The position numbers and the translations under genes are program-made. A stretch of 64,000 nucleotides of DNA from NCBI GenBank assembly GCA_053919585.1, contig CM132828.1, one strand, 5' to 3'. Each line of letters begins with the position of its first letter. The stretch's first letter is position 1. The stretch is from Euprymna scolopes. Taxonomy: Eukaryota. Shown in pieces: positions 1-8,538 of the stretch. Under the pieces are notes generated by a model that saw nothing but the letters and a program-made list of their open reading frames with translations, searched no databases and was not told the DNA's origin.

Positions 1-436
1 CAAAATTATAAAACTATTAGATTAAAATTGAGAACTTTTAATTAAACAACGTGAACATTTTATAATGAGTGTTTTCATGAAATGTATTTTTAATAATAAA
101 AAAAGTGAACTTTTTTTTACTTAAACTTCATAAAAAAAAACGTATCCAATATAGAATTTTACTAAAATAATTTTACTATTACAGTATTAAAAAAATTATT
201 TGTAAAAAAAAACTTGTAAATGGTGCAAAAAAATGTTATTAAAAAATACGAAGAAAAGCGCCAATAAAAACATCGTAGACGTATATTATCATTTAAACAG
301 TATATCAATTTAAATATTTAAATTCAGTAAATAAATTTAAATATTTAAATTATGGCCGATTTGGTCTTCCGTACAACGGAATCTTACATCGTTACAATCG
401 CAAGTAAACAAGAAACCTTGCATCTGAAAGATAACC

Positions 437-457
437 TAATAATAATAATAATAATAA
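437..457. repeat. (TAA)n microsatellite, left part; interrupted by a MITE
   Basis: taataataataataataataa at 437-457; the AAT repeat resumes at 641. Confidence 0.95.
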
Positions 458-640
458 GGTATTCCGGCATAAAGCTCGAGACAATAGTCTCTAACCCCCT
501 TTCACAACAAAAGGAACTAATTTCCATATACACCGCTTTTGGTTACTATGGGAACAGCTAATTTTTGTGATGATTCGATTTTTAATAATAAACACATTTT
601 ATTATTTTAAATATTGTCTCGAGCTTTATGCCGGAATACC
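458..640. mobile_element. 183-bp non-autonomous DNA transposon (MITE) with perfect 29-bp terminal inverted repeats
   Basis: GGTATTCCGGCATAAAGCTCGAGACAATA (458-486) is the exact reverse complement of TATTGTCTCGAGCTTTATGCCGGAATACC (612-640). The interior is non-coding. Both flanks read AATAATAA, compatible with a 2-, 5- or 8-bp TSD. Confidence 0.88.
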
Positions 641-688
641 AATAATAATAATAATGATAATAATAATAATAATAATAATAACAATAAC

Positions 689-727
<39 letters not shown>

Positions 728-785
728 AAAAAAGAAATACAACAACAACACCGAAAACAACAACAGCGACAACAACAAACAAAAA
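641..785. repeat. Compound microsatellite (AAT)n-(GAT)n-(AAC)n
   Basis: AAT run 641-688, GAT run ~690-727, degenerate AAC run ~739-780. These runs explain the poly-I/M/N/D/H/S ORFs in the track. Confidence 0.95.
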
Positions 786-830
786 CAAGACAGGAAATAT
801 GAGTTGAAACAATTACATCCAACAACAACA

Positions 831-1738
831 ATAATAATTTTGGTTTTGAGATTAATAGTACATTATTAGTAAATACGTTTGGAGTTGAAATTAATTGTAA
901 AGTAATCGTTAATAAGTTTGGGTTTGAGATTAATAGTATATTATTAGTAAATACGTTTTCAGTTAAAACTAATTGTAAATCAATTGCTAATAATTTTGGT
1001 TTTGAGATTATTAGTACATTTTTAGTAAATACGTTTGGAGTCAAAACTAATTGTAAATCAATCGCTAATCATTTTGGTTTTGAGATTATTAGTATAATTA
1101 GTAAATACGTATCGAGTTGAAATTAATTGTAAATTAATCGCTATCTATTTTGGGTTTGAGATTAATAGTACATTATCAGTAAATACGTTTGGAGTTGAAA
1201 TTAATTGTAAATTAATCGCTAATAATGTTGGTGTTAGATTAATAGTACATTATTAGTAAATACGTTTGGAGTTTAAATTAATTTTAAATCAATCGCGAAT
1301 CATTTTGGGTTTGAGAATAATAGTACATTATTAGTAAATACGTTTNNNNNNNNNNNNNNNNNNNNNNNNNNNNNNNNNNNNNNNNNNNNNNNNNNNNNNN
1401 NNNNNNNNNNNNNNNNNNNNNNNNNNNNNNNNNNNNNNNNNNNNNNNNNNNNNNNNNNNNNNNNNNNNNNNNNNNNNNNNNNNNNNNNNACACAGGAAAT
1501 ATGAGTTGGAACAATGACATCCAGGACATAATTTTGGTTTTGAGATTAATAGTACATTATTAGTAAATACGTTTGGCGTTGAAATTAATTGTAAATCAGT
1601 CTCTATCCATTTTATGTTTGAGATTAATAGTACATTATTAGTAAATAGGTTTGGACTTAAAATTAATTGTAAATTAATCGCTAATAATTTTGGTTTTGAG
1701 ATTAATAGTACATTATTAGTAAATACGTTTGGAGTTGA
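831..1738. repeat. 78-bp tandem repeat (minisatellite), left segments, spanning N-gap 1346-1489
   Basis: Unit approx. TAATAATTTTGGTTTTGAGATTAATAGTACATTATTAGTAAATACGTTTGGAGTTGAAAYTAATTGTAAATTAATCGC repeated head-to-tail; copies here are moderately diverged. Confidence 0.93.
1346..1489. other. Assembly gap or masked run (144 N)
   Basis: Run of n characters. Confidence 0.99.
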
Positions 1739-1936
1739 NNNNNNNNNNNNNNNNNNNNNNNNNNNNNNNNNNNNNNNNNNNNNNNNNNNNNNNNNNNNNN
1801 NNNNNNNNNNNNNNNNNNNNNNNNNNNNNNNNNNNNNNNNNNNNNNNNNNNNNNNNNNNNNNNNNNNNNNNNNNNNNNNNNNNNNNNNNNNNNNNNNNNN
1901 NNNNNNNNNNNNNNNNNNNNNNNNNNNNNNNNNNNN
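1739..1936. other. Assembly gap or masked run (198 N)
   Basis: Run of n characters; it hides the 5' junction of the LINE fragment that follows. Confidence 0.99.
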
Positions 1937-2282
1937 AATGTTGAATGCTCTGACGAACTGCTAGCACTTGTGCCCCCACGACGTGAACACACTCGACAGA
2001 CCCGACAGGCTGCCAAATCCCACCCCACATTTATCAGATCCCTAGATATAAAAGATCTTTCTACTCCAGTAATCTCTTCCCGAGAACAGCTAGACTTTGG
2101 AATTCCATTCCAGGTCCCTGCTTCCATAACTGTACTGAGGTGCAGAAGTTCAAGTACAACGCGAACCAACATCTTGCTGCCCAAATCCCTACATAGTAAC
2201 CCAGTAGTTGTTGCCCCTGATATTAGCCCCCTACACCAAAGAGGCAATGTGCCTTGTATGGGGTGAAAATGTAATAAAAAAA
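1937..2282 (+). mobile_element. 3' end of a non-LTR retrotransposon (CR1/L2-group LINE): ORF2 C-terminus, 3' UTR and A tail
   Basis: With one frameshift it translates to ECSDELLALVPPRREHTRQTRQAAKSHP/HIYQIPRYKRSFYSSNLFPRTARLWNSIPGPCFHNCTEVQKFKYNANQHLAAQIPT* (TAG 2194-2196). The FPRT..LWN..P...FK...N..L pattern is typical of CR1/L2-group ORF2 C-termini. It ends in GGTGAAAATGTAATAAAAAAA and the 78-bp array then resumes. Confidence 0.82.
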
Positions 2283-3470
2283 TATATTGCTAATAATTTT
2301 GGTTTTGAGACTAATAGTACATTATTAGTAAATACGTTTGGAGTTGAAACTAATTGTAAATTAATCGCTAATAATTTTGGTTTTGAGACTAATAGTATAT
2401 TATTAGTAAATATATCTGGAGTTGAAACTAATTGTAAATTAATCGCTAATAATTTTGGGTTTAAGATTAATAGTACATTATTAGTAAATACGTTTGGAGT
2501 TGAAACTAATTGTAATTCAATCGCTAATGATTTTGGTTTTGAGATTAATAGTATATTATTAGTAAATAGGTTTGGAGTTGACACTAATTGTAAATACATC
2601 GCTAATCATTTTGGGTTTGAGATTAATAGTATATTATTAGTAAATAGGTTTGGAGTTGACACTAATTGTAAATTAATCGCTAATCATTTTGGGTTTGAGA
2701 TTAATAGTATATTATTAGTAAATAGGTTTGGAGTTGACACTAATTGTAAATACATCGCTAATCATTTTGGGTTTGAGATTAATAGTATATTATTAGTAAA
2801 TAGGTTTGGAGTTGACACTAATTGTAAATACATCGCTAATCATTTTGGGTTTGAGATTAATAGTATATTATTAGTAAATAGGTTTGGAGTTGACACTAAT
2901 TGTAAATTAATCGCTAATCATTTTGGGTTTGAGATTAATAGTATATTATTAGTAAATAGGTTTGGAGTTGACACTAATTGTAAATACATCGCTAATCATT
3001 TTGGGTTTGAGATTAATAGTATATTATTAGTAAATAGGTTTGGAGTTGACACTAATTGTAAATACATCGCTAATCATTTTGGGTTTGAGATTAATAGTAT
3101 ATTATTAGTAAATACGTTTGGAGTTGAAACTAATTGTAAATACATCGCTAATCATTTTGGGTTTGAGATTAATAGTATATTATTAGTAAATAGGTTTGGA
3201 GTTGACACTAATTGTAAATACATCGCTAATCATTTTGGGTTTGAGATTAATAGTACATAATTAGTAAATACGTTTGGAGTTGAAACTAATTGTAATTCAA
3301 TCGCTAATCATTTTGGTTTTGAGATTAATAGTACATTTTTAGTAAATACGTTTGGAGTTGAAACTAATTGTAAATTAATCGCTATCCATTTTGGGTTTAA
3401 GATTAATATTACATTATTAGTAAATAGGTTTGGAGTTGGAATTAATTGTAAAATAATCACTAATAATTTT
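2283..3470. repeat. 78-bp tandem repeat, right segment (~15 copies)
   Basis: The period is visible as the 26-aa repeat NCKYIANHFGFEINSILLVNRFGVDT in ORF 2208..3260. The core 2570-3250 is nearly homogeneous. The array is cut mid-unit (TAATAATTTT|TG) by the 5' LTR. Confidence 0.96.
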
Positions 3471-3686
3471 TGTAATGTCTTTACCAAATAAAGGGAGACC
3501 ACCGCAGGTGTCACAGGAGTTACGGCCCCTGGCGACATCCGGGGTGGTGGGCAGTCTGATATCCACCGAGCACGATCTTCCTCGTTCGTTTTCTCTCTCT
3601 CGTCAATCTCCGTCCATCCTACAACCTCACTATGGTAATAACCGATATCTAGCAAGTATCGGTTACTTACCATAAGGATTATCACA
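3471..3686 (+). repeat. 5' LTR (216 bp)
   Basis: Starts TGTAATGTC, ends ATCACA; direct repeat of 7963-8182 with 8 substitutions and a 4-bp (CT)2 indel by manual alignment. Confidence 0.96.
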
Positions 3687-3687
3687 T

Positions 3688-3700
3688 TGGCGACAAGGAT
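3688..3700 (+). promoter_or_regulatory. Primer binding site, probably tRNA-Ser(GCU)
   Basis: TGGCGACAAGGAT starts 1 nt after the LTR. The complement of the metazoan tRNA-Ser(GCU) 3' end, from recall, is TGGCGACGAGGAT: 12/13 match, with a CG>CA change. Confidence 0.78.
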
Positions 3701-3780
3701 AGAGTAATTTACAAAAATAGACATAAGAAAACACGAAAAAAAAAACAACAGCAAACAGTCACACGTGTTGCAAAACAAAC

Positions 3781-4674
3781 ATGGCAGCCCTACCTCACTA
3801 CCCGGAATTCAACTGCGAGTCAGAAGCCAAAGCAGCAAGATGGACGAAATACATTACCAGATTGAGGAACTATTTTATCGCCCACGACATAGAGAGCGAT
3901 AAAAGACAAAAAGCAATTTTGCTAACGTTTGTTGGTGAGGCGATGAACGACCTCATTGACGAATTACCAGCCGAACAGACCACACCAGGAGAAAACGAAA
4001 CCCACTTCGACAAACTCGTCTCGGCTGTACAGGCTCATTTCAACCCCCAAAATAACACGGAATACAACTGATTTGTATTCCATAACATCAAACAAACCAC
4101 ACCGAATGTAGAGGACTTCTACCGGAAATTGAAAGAAGCAGCAGCTACATGTCACTTTGCAGACGCAAACGCTGAGATAAAGTCTCAACTGATAACAGGC
4201 TGTTCATCAGAAAAAGTCCGGCAAAAGGGTTTAATAAATTCTAACATGTCACTACACGACTTGATAAATTATGCCGGGACGACGGAAACAATAACAGCGC
4301 ACCTACAACAAATGCGCTTAGAGGACACGACAATACAAACTACTACTGCAGTAGTAAACAAAGTCACGTACGGACAGCGACAGACACGTGACCGTCCCCG
4401 GCAAATTCAGTGCAGGAATTGCAACGGAAAATATCCACATGAACGAGGACCAACGTCTTGCCCAGCATTCCAGAGCCAATGCACTTATTGCCGGAGATGG
4501 GGGCACTTCGCCTCTGTCTGTTTTAGAAAAATGAACGACGAGGACAGACAACGTAGAACAAGTCGTCCTCCACGTCCACAAGTCCAAACCAGCCGCCGAC
4601 CGGTGAACTGCATCGAGGACAACCAGCAGAACTCAACCAGCGGCAGTGACACAGAATATGTGTTTCATACAGGT
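3781..4674 (+). pseudogene. gag: gag region (298 codons) with one premature stop
   Basis: ORFs 3781..4071 and 4129..5451 share a frame and are separated only by TGA at 4069-4071 (likely CGA>TGA; EYN*FVF). Zinc knuckles CRNC-X5-H-X6-C and CTYCRRWGHFASVC (CX2CX4HX4C) at ~4411-4521. Confidence 0.9.
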
Positions 4675-7600
4675 AAGATGAAAAACCTTCCCTGTTTTGA
4701 TATATCTTTTGGCAATAGCCACCAAACGTTCAATGTGTTAGCCGATTCAGGAGCCACTATCAACATTTTGTCTGAAGCAGATTTCAAGTGTTTAAAACCG
4801 ACACCATGTCTCCGACCGACAAAAACTGTGATATCTGGATTTGGGGTCAAGCAAACTACTCCAGTTCTAGGCCAATTTAGGACCCTCCTAGAGTTTGGGG
4901 GCATCTCCTGCCAAGCTAACATACATGTAATAAAAAGCCCAGAAAAACCTATCATTGGCTGGGAAACATGTGAAAAGCTTAAACTTTTATCAGCAAAAAA
5001 GCTCCCAGTTAACCACATCAGCAACTCTGACACACAAATCCCGCAGACAACTCTTAAGCTTTTGGAGGACTATGCAGACCTATTCAATGGCTTAGGTAAA
5101 CTTAAAGAGAAAAAAGTCCATCTGCACATAGATGAAAATATACCACCCATCGCTCAGAGATACCGCAGAGTCCCCTTTCATGTAAGGAAGGACATAGAAG
5201 AGCTAATACAGAAAGACGAGAAACTGGGGGTGATTGAAAAAGCAGAAGGACCAACCCCGTGGGTATCCCCTATTGTGGTGGTACCTAAGAAAGACCAAAG
5301 TAAAATCAGAGTTTGCATTGATATGAGAGCGGCAAACAAAGCTATCAAAAGGGAACGTCACCCTACGCCCACACTTGATGAGCTGAAGGCCATTCTATCG
5401 GGAGCCAGTGTCTTTAGCAAGTTAGACCTCAATCAGGGCTACAACCACTAGCTGAAGAATCCCGATACATTACCACGTTCGCAACACACCTGGGCCTATA
5501 TAGATACAAAAGACTATTTTTCGGTGTCAACTCCGCCAGCGAAATATTTCAGGAAGAGATTAGCCAGGCACTCGCAGGGATTGAGGGAGCCATCAACATC
5601 AGTGATGACATTCTTTGCTTTGGATTGAACCAGCAAGACCACGACGGAAATCTCCGGAAAGTATTTCAACAACTACGCGAAAAAGGCCTAACACTGAATA
5701 GCAGCAAATGTGAATACAACAAGAGGTCATTGGAATTCCTCGGACACACATTCGGTAATGAAGGCATCAGCCCAAGTAACCTTAAAATAAAAACAATCCT
5801 CGAATTACCAGACCCCCAAAACGCATCAGAAGTCAGAAGTTTGTTGGGGATGACCAACTTTTGCGGTGCACAATTCATTTCAGACTACGCAACCCTGACT
5901 CATGAACTGCGTCAGTTAACAAAAAAAAAAACACTCAGTAGTCCTGGACTGAGCACCACACTGAATGTTTAAAAAACCTCAAGGAGGCCTTGAGCAAAGC
6001 ATGCTCACTAGCCTACTTCCACCCTAATAAACATACTGAGATGTATACCGATGCCAGTATTGTAGGCATATCTGCTGTACTATCACAAGACGGGCGGGTA
6101 GTACAATTTGCAAGCCGAGCACTATCCACAGTTGAACAAAGATACTCTCAAACAGAGCGGGAGGCCCTCGCCATCCCGTGGGCATGTGAACACTTTCACA
6201 TATATATCTTTGGGGCCCCATTCACTGTTTATACAGATCATAAGCCCTCAACATCGATCTTTAATAACACCCGCTTCCAACTATCTGCGCGCATTGAACG
6301 TTGGGTTTTGAGAACACAGCCATACAATATGACTGTCACATACCAACCAGGTCATGACAACCCAGCCGACTATCTCAGCCGCCATCCAGTACATCTACCA
6401 CCAAGCAACAGGGAGCAGAAAATAGCGGAGGAGTATATAAACTATATTCTCTCAACGTCGACCCCCAAAGCAATGACAATTGATGAAGTTGCAATGGAAA
6501 CTGCGAAAGACAAGACGCTCACTGCAGTCATTCAAGCCATCCTCACCAACAAATGGCAAGGTGCCAATGACGGCATAAACAAAGCCACGTTTCTCACCCT
6601 ACATGCCAACCGTGATGAACTATCACTAGCACATGAGGACAGTATCATTCTGAAAGGGCGCCGGATAGTGCTACCTGAGACCCTACAAAACAGAGCTGCC
6701 AAAATAGCCCATGCTGGCCATCAAGGCGTCGTGAAATCCACGGCCCTCCTCCGGGAAAAAGTCTGGTTTAAAAACATGCAGCCTTTAGTAGAAGAAAACA
6801 TCAGGAACTGTCACACCTGTCAGATCAGCACTCACAAAACGGCAAGGGAGCCGCAGAAAATGTCCCCACTACCAGCAGCCCCATGGACAGAGGTTAGTGC
6901 TGACTTTGGACATCTCCAGAATGGGAAATATCTTCTTGTTGTCACAGACGAGTACTCACGCTACGTTGTTGTCGATATCCTGGACTCTATCTCAACAAAC
7001 TCGGTCATACTCCGTTTAGACAAGATATTTGCCAAATTCGGGGTACCAGTATCCCTCAAAACAGACAATGGCCCACCATTCAACAGCCATGATTTCAAAA
7101 CCTACGCCTCCGTCACCGGTTTCAGACACAGGAAGATAACACCTCTATGGTCAATGCTGAAACAGAACGCTTCATGCGCACTGTAAAAAAATCCATCAAA
7201 GCCGCCTTAATCAAAGGCCAAAGCTGGAAGCAGGAGCTATTTAAATTCCTGTTAGATTACCGAACGACACCGCACTGCACCACCGGTGTTTCCCCAGCCT
7301 CAATTCTATTTGGCCGGACCATAAAAAACCGCCTGCCACACCTAGTTGCACCTATAGCTGGAGACCATAGTATTAGGGTACGTGACACTCAAGCCAAGAA
7401 AACAATAAAGAAATATGCTGACAGAAAAGTATACGTAAAGCCCAATAATCTGAGTGTGGGTGACACCGTCGTTGTAAAAAGCGACCACACTTCAAAGGCA
7501 CACACCCCTATCAACCTAACCCATTAACCATAACAAAAAAAGGGATCCATGATTACTGCCACACACAAGGACAACCAAATTACAAGAAATGCCAGCTTCT

Positions 7601-7785
7601 TCAAAAAAATCCCTAAGCCACTAAGAAACCTCACACATGACCCACCTGAATACTCTTCATCTGAAGATGAGGGACACATGCATGTGACAGCATCACCAAA
7701 ATCTAAAGAAAACCAGGGACAACACTCTTCAAACCTCAGACGCTCAGGCCGCACAAGACGGCCACCCAAAAGATTTGATTGCTAA
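4675..7785 (+). pseudogene. pol: pol region (protease, RT, RNase H, integrase), in frame with gag, disrupted
   Basis: Protease LADSGATIN (Asp at 4744). RT PWVSPIVVVPK, RVCIDMR, FSKLDL, ESRYITTF, NISDDIL (5595-5615). RNase H TDAS, YSQTEREALA, TDHKP, ADYLSR. Integrase HAGH...CHTC, ADFG, TDNGPPF, AETERF. Basic tail RRSGRTRRPPKRF then TAA 7783-7785. Frameshifts near 5447, 5921-5931 (A run, plus a TAG), 7147 and ~7500-7545. Confidence 0.94.
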
Positions 7786-7945
7786 ATGCTACAAATACCC
7801 CTGTACATAATAATGCATAATTATCATTTTCTTTCCCTTAGGTTGACAGATGCTTCCCTCCAACCCAGCAACGCAAACACTCCAGTCACACCACGCATGA
7901 ACAAACTCCTTGATGAATATAAAAAAAAATTATAAAATAAACTTT

Positions 7946-7959
7946 AAAAAAAAAGAGAG
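7946..7959 (+). promoter_or_regulatory. Polypurine tract
   Basis: AAAAAAAAAGAGAG, 3 nt upstream of the 3' LTR. Confidence 0.85.
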
Positions 7960-7962
7960 CAT

Positions 7963-8182
7963 TGTAATGTCTTTGCCAAATAAAGGGAGACCACCGCAGG
8001 TGTCACAGGAGTTACGGCCCCTGGGGACATCCGGGGTAGTAGTCAGTCTGATATCCACCGAGCACGATATTCCTCGTTCGTTTTCTCTCTCTCTCTCTTC
8101 AATCTCCGTCCATCCTACAACCTCACCATGGTAATAACCGATATCTAGCAAGTATCGGTTACTTACCATAAGGATTATCACA
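7963..8182 (+). repeat. 3' LTR (220 bp)
   Basis: TGTAATGTC...ATTATCACA, direct repeat of 3471-3686. Confidence 0.96.
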
Positions 8183-8491
8183 GATGCTCCGATGAACTAC
8201 AAGTCCTCGTACCCCGTTGACGTAAATACCCCAACACACCCGACAAGCAACTAAGTCCCACCCATACACAGTAGAGATCCCTAGATGTAAGAAAATATTT
8301 TCTTCCTCGACTTTAGAACTCCGTTTTGAGTCCCTGCTTTCCAAACTGTATTGACATGTAGAAGTTTAAGTGTAATGTGAACAGACATCTTGCTGCTCAA
8401 CTCCCTTCCTAGTATCCCTGCAGCTTAACACCTCGAGAATGGCCCGTACATCAAAGTGGCACTGTTCTTTGTGGTGAAAATGAAAAAAAAA
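8183..8491 (+). mobile_element. Second, more degenerate 3' end of the same CR1/L2-group LINE lineage
   Basis: Colinear with 1944-2282 (shared AGATCCCTAGAT, GTCCCTGCTT, ACATCTTGCTGC, GGTGAAAATG plus A tail). Translates in pieces to CSDELQVLVPR..RQATKSHPYTVEIPRCKK..PCFPNCIDM*KFKCNVNRHLAAQLPS*, with stops and deletions. Confidence 0.82.
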
Positions 8492-8538
8492 GGTGAAATC
8501 ACAAACAGAAATGTTGAAAATGTAACAATTCAAATTTA

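Larger units (their letters stand above)
3471..8182 (+). mobile_element. Full-length, decayed Ty3/Gypsy LTR retrotransposon (Mag-like), 4712 bp
   Basis: Two TG...CA LTRs, PBS, PPT, and domain order Gag(2xCCHC)-PR-RT-RH-INT. No env or chromodomain seen. Short LTRs, a single gag-pol frame and two zinc knuckles fit the Mag-related group; the clade call is inference. Confidence 0.96.

Noticed and set aside
352-869. Short ORFs with poly-I/M/N/D/H/Y/S tracts
   Set aside because: Translation artefacts of trinucleotide microsatellites and the MITE.
2208-3260. 350-aa repeat-protein ORF (26-aa unit, faintly LRR-like LxxNxFGxE), plus antisense ORFs 2231..2599, 607..1044 and 3308..3778
   Set aside because: The frame stays open because the unit is a multiple of 3 and lacks a stop in that frame. 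It starts in a LINE UTR without ATG, and other copies carry frameshifts and stops. No support for coding.
4069-4071. Programmed stop-codon readthrough in gag
   Set aside because: The stop lies in the middle of the capsid region, not at the gag/pol boundary, and is simply explained as CGA>TGA decay in a copy with several other lesions.
7786-7962. env or an extra ORF after pol
   Set aside because: Only ~180 bp is available. The short open frame (LTDASLQP...) has no suitable start and is not the frame entered by the predicted splice.
3471-8182. Dating the insertion from LTR divergence
   Set aside because: No substitution rate is available, and the missing TSD suggests the two LTRs may come from different insertions.
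3964-8344. Antisense and alternate-frame ORFs inside the retrotransposon, LTRs and LINE fragment
   Set aside because: Short, motif-free shadows of gag-pol or LTR sequence.
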